From the NCBI GenBank assembly GCA_963820825.1, contig CAWGBN010000008.1:352001-416000 (forward strand): a stretch of DNA of 64,000 nucleotides, in the 5' to 3' direction. Both the position numbers and the translations under genes were made by a program. The notes under the pieces were generated by a model. That model saw only the letters and a list, made by a program, of their open reading frames with translations. It was not told the DNA's origin and did not search any database. Source of the DNA: Vulcanimicrobiota bacterium (GTDB taxonomy: Bacteria > Vulcanimicrobiota > Vulcanimicrobiia > Vulcanimicrobiales > Vulcanimicrobiaceae). Shown here piece after piece: positions 41,615 through 52,491 of this stretch. Numbering within the stretch: position 1 is the stretch's first letter; every line of letters begins with the position of its first letter.

Positions 41615-42661
41615 TTAGTTACTCCCTTTGCTTACCGTCACGCTGTAGGGGTAATAAGGAGGCGCAAAAAGATTCATGGTAGCGGTACCTCCAGCCGGAT
41701 ACGGATAGAACGCTACCCCTAATCCGCCGGTCTTGTTTGGCGCAAATACTCTGTCGCCCTGAATCGCGAACTGGAAGACTTCCGACGCACCGGTCAGCGG
41801 TGTCGAGCCAACTTCCGTTCCGGCGCCTCTTCTTATCGTGAACTCATAAATCGTGCTTGCTGCTTCGTCGCCGACCGCCAAGTACTTGCCGACCCACTGA
41901 ACGCCGCCGGGGACGCTGATGGACTGGTTCAGCGAAATGGTCCTAAACGTACTGCTACCCTTTGGAAGTTCGGTAAGCGCAAAGCTATTGCTAACGTCGC
42001 CGTCGACGAAAAGGTTGCCTCTTCTGTCGTAACTACAGAAATACGCCTGGTTGAGGTCCGAATCCGAATACACAGTAGGCGTTCCTGTGTAAGGCGGAGT
42101 GTAGACGACAACGCCTCCCGGCGGTCCGGATCCATTGTGGTAGATATTCGCAACGGCGAGATTCCCGGTCGTCGGGTCGACTGAGCAGCCTTCCTCAATG
42201 TCCGCTGGGTCGCTCAGAGTCGCGATTGGGCTGGTGCCGCCGTGAGCATACTCAACGATCGTTCCCGGCCCCTGATTGAGGATAAAAACGTCACCCGCTT
42301 GGTCGGAGCAATCGCCAAGCGGATTGGAAAACCCCGTCAGAGTGCCCACCAAGGTGTCTTTGCTCTCGTTGCTCTTGTCCTTGAAGACGTAAACATAGCT
42401 AGGGTTCGTATCGTCGGTAACATAGAGGAGGTTATCCCTGCTCACGTCGGAGTCCATCCATGAACCGTTGCTCTCGCGCTTTATCCCGGCAGTCTTTGGC
42501 GCGCCAGCCTGAGCTGGAGCGTTCAAGACCGCCTGACCTGCACGCTGCGGGATCGCCATTGATCCGCTCGACTGTGACTGCAACCCGCCGCTGCCACAGC
42601 CTACCATGGCGACTGCCGCGCAGGCGCCTAAACCATAGTGCAAAGAGTTCCAAACTCGCAT
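41615..42661 (-). CDS. NHL/SMP-30-like beta-propeller lipoprotein
   Basis: MVGC; SWM...LLYVTD; GCSVDPTTGNLAV; AGGAG Shine-Dalgarno. Confidence 0.8.
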   Translation of the reverse strand: MRVWNSLHYGLGACAAVAMVGCGSGGLQSQSSGSMAIPQRAGQAVLNAPAQAGAPKTAGIKRESNGSWMDSDVSRDNLLYVTDDTNPSYVYVFKDKSNESKDTLVGTLTGFSNPLGDCSDQAGDVFILNQGPGTIVEYAHGGTSPIATLSDPADIEEGCSVDPTTGNLAVANIYHNGSGPPGGVVVYTPPYTGTPTVYSDSDLNQAYFCSYDRRGNLFVDGDVSNSFALTELPKGSSTFRTISLNQSISVPGGVQWVGKYLAVGDEAASTIYEFTIRRGAGTEVGSTPLTGASEVFQFAIQGDRVFAPNKTGGLGVAFYPYPAGGTATMNLFAPPYYPYSVTVSKGSN

Positions 42662-42716
42662 TTTCGTAATCTCCTTATGAGGGAAGCGCGGCCCTCGTCA
42701 AAGAAGCGCTAGGCCG

Positions 42717-42768
42717 ATCATAGCTCGGAAAGATTGAAGGGAGCGTTTTTGGCAAAAACATGGCAAAG
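42717..42768 (-). promoter_or_regulatory. Putative activator-dependent promoter
   Basis: On the minus strand, TTTGCCA twice with 11-nt period, upstream of a TATGAT -10 hexamer. Confidence 0.45.
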
Positions 42769-42839
42769 ATAGTCGTGCCTACCGCGAACGATTTCTGTTG
42801 GTGCTTTGCTCCCTACGGAAGCTGATTGAGCTACCTAGC

Positions 42840-44475
42840 ATGGGGTCAAGCGCCTCCTTAAACCGGGCTGCGGATGATCTGTTCCGGCACCTCCACGAAC
42901 CGGAGCATCTTCGGCGCAATCCTCTCGTTGGGAAGTTCTTCGAATCCCCTGGGTCTGACCCAGGCAGGAAGCTCCACACCGCGGCGGCGCTAGGGCAAAT
43001 TCACGACATGGTTCGACACCTCGCCGAACAATGTCGCGAAGCCGATCTTATGGCCGGCAGAGAGGAGCGAGCTCTCCGCCAACACACCATCGTCGTTCGA
43101 CAATGTCTTGGTCGCTGCTCCATCGGCGAGATCGCGGCTGCTCTTGCGATCTCAACGCGACAATGCTATCGCGAGCGGGCCGCTATCACCCGGCGCGTAG
43201 CCCGACTTATCTCGGAGTACGAAGGCCGCCCAACCCAGCATTATCTCGCCGGACTCGATGCCTTTCAGTTTCTCGCCGACCGCGTGATGCATAGAAGTGC
43301 ACTCGGCGATATGCGCTCAACTCTTCGCCAATGTGACGATCTGATCCACGCTGCTCCCTCTATGGAACAAAGGATCAGCGCGCTGCACACGACTGCTTTC
43401 ATATCCATGCAATTTGGGAACGTCAAGCACGCCAAGGAAGCATGTCAGACAGCGCGCACAATCTGCACAAACCAGCAGGTGGCACATTCATCTTCTTCGT
43501 GGAGAATAGGTAACGCTTACGTAGCAATCATGCAATCAAGGCTAGCGCTCTACGATGCAGACGTAGATACAGCGCTTCGCATGGCTAAGTTCGCCGCTTT
43601 TCAGTTAGACGACATCGAACCAGCTGCTCACCCTCGTGCCAACGAGCTTCACGCAGAAACTCTATTTGAGATCGGCAGAGCCCTTTGCAACGCCGGAAAC
43701 GTTGATGAAGGATACGATTACTTTATTAGTGCTGAGGCGAAATTGCACAACGTTCGCGCAACAGCATCGCACCTGCGGACTCGAGTGGCGGTACAGCTTT
43801 GGCGGCTTCGCAACTCTAGGTTGATGAACCTGAAAAGCTGGTTCCCATCCGCGCAGCGCCTCGCGGGTCTCAAGACCCACTTTCGAACACGCCTATGGAG
43901 CAGGATTTCTCTTCGACGCCATGACTGCGCTTGTCGGTCTCACGGAATATCACGCACTTGCGGGGGACAGCGCTGAAGCTCTGCGGGCAGCCAGATTCGC
44001 AGTCTTGCTTGCTAAGGGTCAACCCAGTGAAAGAGTACATGCGCAGGCCTCTATCATGGTCGCGAAGGCGCTGCTCTCAACGCGCCATTGGAAACTTGCA
44101 TCCTCTTTTCTTCCGAATTCACGTCAACTTGCTATGTGCGATGCATCGTGTCGACAGCTAGCCTCCTGCTTTGCCGCCGAGTACGCCTTACGACTGCGCG
44201 CATTTGATGTTGCCTGGGCTCGAGCCAATGCCAAATATGACCAGCGCCTACATCCGAGTGTGAGCTTAAGCACCCGGCTTGTGGCGGCCGTGGCTGCGCA
44301 TGAGTTGCAAAAAAAATGCAACGCAACGGAGCTAATCGAAGCAACAATTGCTGATGCCGAGCAATTGGGATCTGCACCTAGATTACGCGATGCGTACTTT
44401 GCCGCGGCCAGGGTTACAGGCGAGGCTCGGTTTGCTCGCAAAGCTAGGGAAATAACGAGGCTACTCCGTAGCTAG
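42840..44475 (+). CDS. Putative transcriptional regulator (HTH plus TPR-like helices); frameshift near 43880
   Basis: IGEIAAALAISTRQCYRER HTH; alanine-rich helical repeats; divergent from lipoprotein genes. Confidence 0.65.
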
Positions 44476-44713
44476 AGGACTGCTTACTTTCCCTTGAAAT
44501 CGAAATCTTGGTTCGCCTTCCTTACCGCGATTTTACTAATTTCGGAGAATGTTTCTGGAGGAGCGCCGGACAGCGTAAGTTGACCGAGACGAATTCCTCA
44601 CTTGTCGGACCGATCGCCGTAAATGGATTCGGTACATCGGTTGGCGCTCATTTCGGCGAGAAGCGTAAAAGCTTTGCCGGGGGGTCTATGGCAAAAGACC
44701 GCCGTCGGCTCGG

Positions 44714-44845
44714 TTAGCGCCAAAGGATCCGATCGATGCCGGTAGCGGTATTCTGCATCGTTGGGATGAGGTGGCTGTAGGTGTTAAGCACAATCCGAAT
44801 GCCAGACCAACCACTCATCTCTTGGGCCGCCTGTGGGGTGAACAT
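44714..44845 (-). pseudogene. Tyrosine integrase C-terminal remnant
   Basis: Reads AAQEMSGWSGIRIVLNTYSHLIPTMQ..IDRILWR*, resembling degenerate box II (LGH...T..Y). Confidence 0.6.
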
Positions 44846-45278
44846 TCGTATTGCGTAGCGACGCCGGGATGGAAATACTAGGTCGCTCTCGTGCGCTTCG
44901 CGGGCCGCGAAGTTTCTAAGGCGCTAATGGCCGCCTTTGAGAGTGATCCGCCATCGGGATGAGATGCGAGGCGGTCTTCCGACGTGATGTTCTGCAAAAA
45001 GGCGAATGGCGCGACTCCTATTTGTACGCAAAGCTAGAACAATAACGAGCGCCCGACCCCCCCGAACGCCTCGAAACCGGAACTGCTGGGGCAGTTCCGG
45101 TTTGGCTACGCTCTAAGCGTTCTAGGTCCGCTAAGGTGGCGTAGCCGGCCTCTATCGTTAGGCACGCCGAACAATGATGTTCGGCGTGCTGAACATTTGC
45201 GGTATTTATAATCTGTTCCCGAGATATTCTCATCGATTTGATAGATTCGCGCTGTGTAGAATCTCGGAGGGACTTGAA

Positions 45279-46664
45279 ATGAATCGCTTCGTTGTTGCAG
45301 TCGTGACATCGTGCGCGACCGTGACCTTGGTCGGCTGCCATGGAACCGCCGCGCCCGTTATGCCGAGCTATACAGTCCAACAGCCGGCGGCGATCGGCGT
45401 TTCGGACATGCGCAACACCAGCGCACCTTGGTCGGCTCAAATCAAACATGTCGTAATCATCATTCAGGAGAACCGCACACCGGACAACCTGTTCAATGGC
45501 TACCCCGGAGCAAATACGCAATCCTGGGGCTTAAATCACAACGGAAAGCATGTTCCGTTGATCCAGGTCAGCATGACCGCCCCGTACGATCTCGACCACT
45601 CGCACGGGAGCTTTAGGGGCGAGTACAACGGCGGGAAAATGAACGGCTTCGACCGCGTCTTTTCGCGGTGCAGCCAGCCTGGGGCATGTCCGCCGCCCGC
45701 CGAGCGTGCGTATGCGATGGTTCCTAAGAAAGAGTCCAAGCCGTACTGGGATATGGCCCGTCAGTGGGCATTGGCCGACAACATGTTCGAGACGAACCAA
45801 GGCCCCAGCTTCCCGGCGCATCAATACCTCATCAGCGGAACCTCGACAATCAAGACCGGTTCGTCTTGGAGAGCGGCAGATAACCCGAAAAAGCCGGGCT
45901 CCAAGAGCATCTTGGGCGGCTGCGACTCGCCCACCGGCACGAAAGTACAGCTTATCAACCAACTAGGCCAGAGTCGCACCACGTATCCCTGTTTCGATCG
46001 GCCGACACTCACCGATCTGCTGGACGCAAAGAGCATCGTCTGGCATTATTACGAATACGCGTACGGTCCGGGACTTTGGTATGCGCTCGACGCGATTCGG
46101 CACATTTACAACCGATCGGATTATCGGACAATCGTCGAAGCTCCAGCCGACCGCGTTCTCAGCGACGTGCTTAACGGTGATCTCGAGCCGGTGATCTGGG
46201 TAACCCCGGAAGCCGACGATTCGGACCACGCTCGAATAACGGATGGCAGCGGGCCGTCGTGGGTCGCCTCCATCGTCAACGCCGTTGGTGAGAGTAGGTT
46301 CTGGAAGGACACGGCCATCTTCGTTACCTGGGACGACTGGGGCGGTTGGTACGATCACGTAAGGCCGCCGATGTATAACTCGTACGAGCTCGGCTTTCGC
46401 GTCCCGTTGCTCGTCATCTCACCCTATGCCAAGGCTGGCTACATCTCCCACAAGCAACACGAGTTTGGAAGTATCCTAAAGTTTACCGAGGAAACGTTCG
46501 GCCTTGGATCGCTTCATACCACAGATGTACGCGCGGATGATCTCGCAGACTGCTTCGACTTCAAGCAAGCTCCGCGCAAGTTCCACCGGATTCACGCACC
46601 GATCGGACCGGGTTATTTTCTCAATCGCACTCCTTCAAGCGTATCCCCCGACGACGACCTCTAG
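45279..46664 (+). CDS. Phosphoesterase/phospholipase C-family lipoprotein (copy 11)
   Basis: GGAGG Shine-Dalgarno; LVGC; QENRTPDN, GPSFPAHQ, WDDWGG, GFRVP. Confidence 0.9.
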   Translation: MNRFVVAVVTSCATVTLVGCHGTAAPVMPSYTVQQPAAIGVSDMRNTSAPWSAQIKHVVIIIQENRTPDNLFNGYPGANTQSWGLNHNGKHVPLIQVSMTAPYDLDHSHGSFRGEYNGGKMNGFDRVFSRCSQPGACPPPAERAYAMVPKKESKPYWDMARQWALADNMFETNQGPSFPAHQYLISGTSTIKTGSSWRAADNPKKPGSKSILGGCDSPTGTKVQLINQLGQSRTTYPCFDRPTLTDLLDAKSIVWHYYEYAYGPGLWYALDAIRHIYNRSDYRTIVEAPADRVLSDVLNGDLEPVIWVTPEADDSDHARITDGSGPSWVASIVNAVGESRFWKDTAIFVTWDDWGGWYDHVRPPMYNSYELGFRVPLLVISPYAKAGYISHKQHEFGSILKFTEETFGLGSLHTTDVRADDLADCFDFKQAPRKFHRIHAPIGPGYFLNRTPSSVSPDDDL

Positions 46665-46732
46665 CTTGAACGCAACGCCGCGCGCGGTGCCGCGTGGCGC
46701 CCGAAGTATTCTATGGAGCGGGTCGATGGGGC

Positions 46733-47161
46733 TTACTCGTGCCGCACGGACAGGACCGGAAACTCCGATCGGCGGATGATTCCTTCGCAAGTGCTTCCTA
46801 ATATCGCCCGATTGATACCCTTTCGGCCGTGCGTCCCGACGACGATCATGCTTGCATTCGCCGCTCGCGCGTAGCGAAGCACCTCGTCGACTGTGTGTCC
46901 GCGAAGGAGCGCTGACTTTACGTGAGCCCCCAGCCGATTCGTAAGCTCCGCCGCTACCACCAATGCCGTCTCGGCCTCGGAGGCCAGGAGATCCGGTGCC
47001 TCCTTCGGCGCCTTGCCGAGCCCATCGGGAACGTCCGCGTAGTCCGCCACGGTAACGACGTGCACCTCAGGGATCTTCGCGAATTCCTCCGCGAGATCGA
47101 GAAACGTGCGAAGCGCTTTCAGCGACGCGTGCGACCCGTCGATGGCGATGACTGCTATCAT
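46733..47161 (-). CDS. Universal stress protein
   Basis: IAIDGS..S, IVVGTHGRKG...LGSTCE. Confidence 0.9.
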   Translation of the reverse strand: MIAVIAIDGSHASLKALRTFLDLAEEFAKIPEVHVVTVADYADVPDGLGKAPKEAPDLLASEAETALVVAAELTNRLGAHVKSALLRGHTVDEVLRYARAANASMIVVGTHGRKGINRAILGSTCEGIIRRSEFPVLSVRHE

Positions 47162-47263
47162 ACTTTTGAGTACGCCCTTTCAACGACACCGTATCGCGCA
47201 AATGTGAATGCCCTAGGAAAGTACCTTCGCGAGATATTCTTCTTCGTGGTGTCAGGTTAGCGC

Positions 47264-49735
47264 ATGGACCCCGGTGCGGCTTCGCCGGAAGAATGCCGGT
47301 ACAAGGGGCTTTCGTCAGCCGAAGCTTCTCTATTACTGCAGCGCTACGGCCGCAACGATCTCACTCCCGCGCGAAAGTCCGGAGAGCTCCTCACCTGGAT
47401 CTTGCGTCTGATCGCCGATCCGATGGTCATTCTGCTCGCGATCGCGGGTGCCACGTACATCGCGTTCGGCGACCGCTTCGACGCGACCGTCGTCGGCATC
47501 GCGCTTCTTCCCATTTTTGCCGTAACCGGCATCCTCGAGTTTCGTTCAGACCGGACGCTCGAACGCTTGAAGACCTCGGCCCCACCGCGAGCACGAGTCG
47601 TTCGCGATCGGATCGAGAGTCAAGTACCGGCGTGGCAAGTCGTGCCCGGCGATATCCTCCTGCTGCGCGAGGGCGACGTTATCGCTGCCGATGGGCATCT
47701 GCTCGAGGCGCGGAGATTGCTCGTCGACGAGTCGGCGCTGACCGGCGAATCGCTCCCCGTCGAGAAGCGCCCCGGCGGCGCCGTAGCCTCGATTTTCGCC
47801 GGCACCGTCGTACGCTCGGGACGCGCCATCGCGATCGTCGAGCGTACCGGTCCGAACACCGAGTACGGCCGCATCGCTCGGGCGCTCGGCGCGCTGCACG
47901 CACAGACGACGCCGATCGAGCGATCCATCCACAGAATCGTGTTTCAGGTCGGTATCGGCGTCGTTTTCGCGTGTGCTCTCGTCGTCGCGGTGCAGCGATG
48001 GCATGGCGATTCCTGGGCCATCGCCGTTATCGCGGGGGTAAGCTTAGCAATGGCGGCAATTCCCGAAGAACTGCCGATGGTCTACACGCTCTATCTCGCG
48101 CTGGGAGCGTGGCGTTTGGCGAAAGATCAGGCGCTCGTGCGTCGTCTCTCCAGCGTGGAGACCCTTGGCTCGACGACGGTCATCTGCGTCGACAAAACCG
48201 GCACGGTTACATATGGGAAGCTCGCCGTTCAATCCGTGATCGCGACGAGGTCGAGCTCCGAAGGCGCCGTACTCATGTCGGCCGCGATGGCGAGCGACGT
48301 CGCCTCGGGCGATCCTGTCGATCTCGCTATTCTGACGGCCTACACGTCGCCGCTCGATGCGGGCGATCGGGAACTCGAGCTTCCGTTCGATCCCGAAACG
48401 CGTTATTCGGCTGCGATCTGGAAGCGCGACTCCGGGAACGTTCTGGTTGCGAAGGGCGCCTTCGAGGCGCTGTTACAAAATTGTCGATGCGACGAAACCG
48501 AGCGGCTCAGTGCCTTTCACGACGCCGAAGCGGCACGGGGCGCACGGATCCTTGCGGTTGCCGAGGGGGTCGTCCAAACGACCAATCTGCCAGAGGCGTG
48601 GAAGAGCGCGCGATTGATCGGCCTGATCGCGCTAGGCGACTCCGTACGACCCGCAGCGGTAGATGCGATCGCCGAGTGCCGCCGCGCGGGCATCCGTTTC
48701 GTCATGATTACCGGCGACCATCCCGCGACGGCACAAGCCGTCGCGGCGGCGGCCGGCCTCGACACCGGCACCATCGTTTCCGGCGAAAGCGAGCTCGCTT
48801 CGTGGAGCGATGCGATGCTAAACGCTAGGATAGCCGAGATCGACGTCTTCGCTCGAGTACGACCGGAGCAGAAGTTACGCATCGTCCGCGCCTTGCACGC
48901 CCACGGCGACGTCGTCGCTATGACGGGCGACGGCACGAATGATGCGCTGGCTCTGCGCGAGGCGGATATCGGCGTCGCGATGGGCGAGAGCGGGACGGAG
49001 GTCGCGCGCGCAGCGTCGGACCTAGTATTGCTCGACGACGACGTAACTACGATCGTCCGAGCCGTCGCCGATGGCCGGCGGATATTTCATAATCTGCAGC
49101 ACGCCTTTACGTATCTCGTCGCGTTCCACGCGCCGCTGCTTCTTAGTGCCTTCCTCCTACCGCTCATCGGCGCGCCGATCTTCCTGCTGCCGATCCATCT
49201 GATTTGGCTCGAGCTGATCGTGCATCCGACCTCGGCGTTAGTCTTCGAGAACGACCCGCCCGAGAAAGATTTGATGCGTGTGCCGCCTCGCCACCCGTCA
49301 TCGGGATTGCTCCAACGTCGCGACTGGCTGCGGACGCTCGCGCTCGGCAGCGTCCTCGCGGCGACGGTCATCGCGCTCTTCGCCCTAGCGCTGCACGCCG
49401 GGCTGAGTTCCGATGCCGCCCGCGCGGCGGGCATCATCGCTATGATGAGCGGGCAAATCGCGCTCGTCTTCGTCGAGCGCGCGGGAGGGCGTCCGATCTG
49501 GTGCGTACCCGTGCGCGGCAATCGAGCGATCTTACCGATCGTTCTTGGAACGGCGGTCGTCTTGATTCTCGCCGTCTACTGGGTTCCGATGGCACAGGCG
49601 CTGCATCTAGAGGCTCTATCGCCCGTGCTTGCGTTGACTGCCGCCGCGGCTGGATGCGCGTCGGTGCTTTGGCTGCAGCCGCTGAGCGTTCTCGGCCGCC
49701 GGGCTAGAGATTGCGAGGGCGAGGCGTCGCCTTGA
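47264..49735 (+). CDS. Cation-transporting P-type ATPase
   Basis: LTGES, IPEE, DKTGT, MITGDH, MTGDGTND motifs; transmembrane segments. Confidence 0.92.
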   Translation: MDPGAASPEECRYKGLSSAEASLLLQRYGRNDLTPARKSGELLTWILRLIADPMVILLAIAGATYIAFGDRFDATVVGIALLPIFAVTGILEFRSDRTLERLKTSAPPRARVVRDRIESQVPAWQVVPGDILLLREGDVIAADGHLLEARRLLVDESALTGESLPVEKRPGGAVASIFAGTVVRSGRAIAIVERTGPNTEYGRIARALGALHAQTTPIERSIHRIVFQVGIGVVFACALVVAVQRWHGDSWAIAVIAGVSLAMAAIPEELPMVYTLYLALGAWRLAKDQALVRRLSSVETLGSTTVICVDKTGTVTYGKLAVQSVIATRSSSEGAVLMSAAMASDVASGDPVDLAILTAYTSPLDAGDRELELPFDPETRYSAAIWKRDSGNVLVAKGAFEALLQNCRCDETERLSAFHDAEAARGARILAVAEGVVQTTNLPEAWKSARLIGLIALGDSVRPAAVDAIAECRRAGIRFVMITGDHPATAQAVAAAAGLDTGTIVSGESELASWSDAMLNARIAEIDVFARVRPEQKLRIVRALHAHGDVVAMTGDGTNDALALREADIGVAMGESGTEVARAASDLVLLDDDVTTIVRAVADGRRIFHNLQHAFTYLVAFHAPLLLSAFLLPLIGAPIFLLPIHLIWLELIVHPTSALVFENDPPEKDLMRVPPRHPSSGLLQRRDWLRTLALGSVLAATVIALFALALHAGLSSDAARAAGIIAMMSGQIALVFVERAGGRPIWCVPVRGNRAILPIVLGTAVVLILAVYWVPMAQALHLEALSPVLALTAAAAGCASVLWLQPLSVLGRRARDCEGEASP

Positions 49736-49783
49736 CGAGTTAGACGGTTGCATTCAATGCCTCAAGGCTTTGCATCATTTGCA

Positions 49784-49960
49784 TCACTGGAAGCCTTGAC
49801 GCGCGACTGATTCCTTCAGCGACGCGCCGAGGAGCACTCGGCTTACTGCGGACCGCCCATGCGTCCCGACCACGATGACGCCCGACTCTAGGTCGCGCGC
49901 TGCATCTACGATCGCATCTGGAAGGCTTTCTTGAACGACGTACGTGCCGACGTTGGCGGC
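49784..49960 (-). pseudogene. Universal stress protein fragment
   Basis: VIVVGTHGRSAVSRVLLGAS only. Confidence 0.6.
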
Positions 49961-50170
49961 CCCTGGCCCGAATTTTCGCTTTCGCGGCGTGAACCAGGAC
50001 CCTGGCAAGTCGCAAGAGATCGCGAACAATACTCTCACCCCCTTCCGAACGGACGGTTCAGATGCCGGCGCCCCAAGTGCGCGCAAAGCCTCCGGCCCGA
50101 TCCGTGATTGAGCGAGTGGGCACTATTGACTGCGGCCGGTAGCGCCCGGGCCCCGCCATCCCGATCCGCC

Positions 50171-50450
50171 CTATTTGCGCCGCTTCTCGCGCGCATCGGT
50201 CACCAGCTTCATTGTCGTATTGGTTAGTGTGCGTTCGTAGATACGGCGGCCGACTTCAATTGCTGAGACGACATTCGATAATCCAGGCTCGGTGAAAACG
50301 GCGCCGGCGGCCGCCTTTGCGATCGGTGGCGTTAGCGACGGCAATCCCGATGTTGGCTTGCCGGAGCGCCGGAGCATCGTTGATGCCGTCACCGGTCATC
50401 CCGACGACGTGCCGAGCGGCTCGAAGCGTTCGGATGATCGACAACTTGGT
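50171..50450 (-). pseudogene. P-type ATPase fragment
   Basis: [23 protein letters not shown], then [22 protein letters not shown] in another frame. Confidence 0.75.
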
Positions 50451-50504
50451 TTTCCGGATAAATCCGAGGTATGGACCTCTTCCGGCGGGATTCCGACGGC
50501 TTGG

Positions 50505-50600
50505 GCCCCCACGTAGAGCGAACTCTTCTCGGAAGCATGTGTGAGGGTATCCTTCACCGCGCGGAGATACCGGTTTTCGCCGTGCACCAACGAGTCGGCG
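50505..50600 (+). pseudogene. Universal stress protein C-terminal fragment
   Basis: [25 protein letters not shown]. Confidence 0.55.
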
Positions 50601-50601
50601 C

Positions 50602-51081
50602 CTACGGCGGAGGAATCGATGGCCTCGAGCCGGGGTTCAGAACGTTCGGCAGCGCTGAGACGCCCGCGCTCTGAGTGATCGCCTCCGCGTCCCGCGCGAG
50701 AGCATTGGCCAGTTCGTCCTTTGCCGGACACGTCAAATCCGGTGATTCCCAGCCCTGCCATGCGACCTTCAGCGACGCGCCGAAAGAAACCGTCTTCATA
50801 CATGGTACAGTGGTGGCGTTGCCGTGACGTGCAGCCGCCAAGTCCGTAAAGAATTTCGTCGCTATCGTTACGGGGATACGGAGCGGTTTGGGGCTCCCTG
50901 CGATGCGCCCATCGAGTGTTTGTAGCATCACCGAGCCATCGCCGTCCGACCATATCTGGATTATGTAGCCGTTTACATTGGTTGATCCGGAGTTGTCGAT
51001 GACGGCGAAATCGTCAGGTGCGGCCCCGACGCAGCCAAGAAGTACACTCGCAGCGAGAAGAGCCTTTAGGTAACGCATCAC
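50602..51081 (-). CDS. Small secreted hypothetical protein
   Basis: Signal peptide; AGGAG Shine-Dalgarno. Confidence 0.65.
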   Translation of the reverse strand: MMRYLKALLAASVLLGCVGAAPDDFAVIDNSGSTNVNGYIIQIWSDGDGSVMLQTLDGRIAGSPKPLRIPVTIATKFFTDLAAARHGNATTVPCMKTVSFGASLKVAWQGWESPDLTCPAKDELANALARDAEAITQSAGVSALPNVLNPGSRPSIPPP

Positions 51082-51092
51082 TTTTCTCCTAA

Positions 51093-51932
51093 CTAAACCG
51101 ACATTCGTTCGCGCCTAAGCTCTACGACGCCCCGAGACTGCGGGCCGCGTGCTGCCTTCGCAACGCAGTGATCTCCGTGGTAAAGTTCAAATTCCAGGGT
51201 TTGAGTGGCCGCAGTAATTTCCTCAAGCACCTGGCCCAAACGTGGATTCCATTGAGCCCTGATCCAATCATGGTACGAGCGAAAATGAATGAGCATCGCG
51301 ATTCGGCGATTGTCACGGCTTCCAAGTAGCTGTGCGTCAACGAAACCGCGAATCTCAGCGCCGGGTCCGCTCCAGAACTCGACGAGGTCTCGATAGAGAC
51401 GTTCGTAATCTCTGGGCGCGACCTCCAGCACGCGCAACACAAAAATGGGCGCCGCCCGTTGGAACCGAGGTAGTACCGTTTTCGAAGATCCTATTTTTGT
51501 TTTCTCGCGTACGATAACGACCGGGCACGCCGCCGAGCGTAGAATCGTCTCGGCGACACTGCCCATAAAGAGACGCTTAAATCCCGACTGTCCGTGGCTT
51601 CCCATCACGATGCTGTCCGCGCCGATGCTCGAAGCTCGAGCGACAATCCTCCCGGCGGGGCGGCCCACCGCCACGGAGCCGGTTGCGTCGACGCCGGCGC
51701 GCTTGGCCTGTTTGAGCGCTTTATCGACTAGGCGCTTAGCGCTCGTCCTTGCTGAGACAATGCGTGGCTTTTCGCCCAGCAATGCCGTCGTGTGCCCGAG
51801 AATCGCCTCGACATCGACGATCGACCAAATCTCTAATCGCGCACGCTGAGCCTTGGCTAGTCGAAGCGCGTAGCGGAACGCGTACTCCGACGAGCGCGAT
51901 CCGTCGATCGGTACGAGGATGGTCTTCCTCAT
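51093..51932 (-). CDS. Universal stress protein with C-terminal ABM-like domain
   Basis: ILVPIDGS, IVMGSHG..GSVAE..CPV; C-terminal GFVDAQL...F.S..DW. Confidence 0.8.
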   Translation of the reverse strand: MRKTILVPIDGSRSSEYAFRYALRLAKAQRARLEIWSIVDVEAILGHTTALLGEKPRIVSARTSAKRLVDKALKQAKRAGVDATGSVAVGRPAGRIVARASSIGADSIVMGSHGQSGFKRLFMGSVAETILRSAACPVVIVREKTKIGSSKTVLPRFQRAAPIFVLRVLEVAPRDYERLYRDLVEFWSGPGAEIRGFVDAQLLGSRDNRRIAMLIHFRSYHDWIRAQWNPRLGQVLEEITAATQTLEFELYHGDHCVAKAARGPQSRGVVELRRERMSV

Positions 51933-52112
51933 ACTTGCATGTTACTAGTAGGACAGGAAGAACCGGTGAAGCTCAGTTCTCAGGTTCTTCGTGCGGTTTT
52001 CCGTGTTAGCGCCGAGCTACGGCGGCCCTGGTGCCTGCGCAATTCGAGCGCGCGATCCGAAACCGCTCTCATCGACGCTCCAGGCTCGGGCTGCGGTCGA
52101 TGCCAGCGTCAT

Positions 52113-52433
52113 CTACCCTAGTGGTCCCGGCGGTGTACCCTTTATCTGGCCTCTCACATGGATAATTCCAATCCCGTGAAACTTGCAGCGCCGGAAGGTT
52201 ACATTCTTACAACCGATGACTCCAATCAGCGCCCGATCGCTCTGCACCTCTATAAACAGTTGGTCCGCTGTGCCTCCAAGGTCGCTGTACTCTAACGTCA
52301 GACTTTCCAATCCAAATATGAGTGCCGGGCCGAATATATGACAATCCTCAAATACTTTATCCTTTATCACGTAATCTGCTGAAAAAATCATATCCACTAG
52401 CCGAATAATCTTCCTGGAAAAGTAGGTTTCCAA
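52113..52433 (-). CDS. Hypothetical protein, AT-rich, probably 5'-truncated
   Basis: 106-aa ORF in a low-GC patch. Confidence 0.4.
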   Translation of the reverse strand: METYFSRKIIRLVDMIFSADYVIKDKVFEDCHIFGPALIFGLESLTLEYSDLGGTADQLFIEVQSDRALIGVIGCKNVTFRRCKFHGIGIIHVRGQIKGTPPGPLG

Positions 52434-52491
52434 AGGGTTTATCTGTTGCGGACTAGGGTATCCCCGGTTCGACGACGTTTATCAGTTCATC

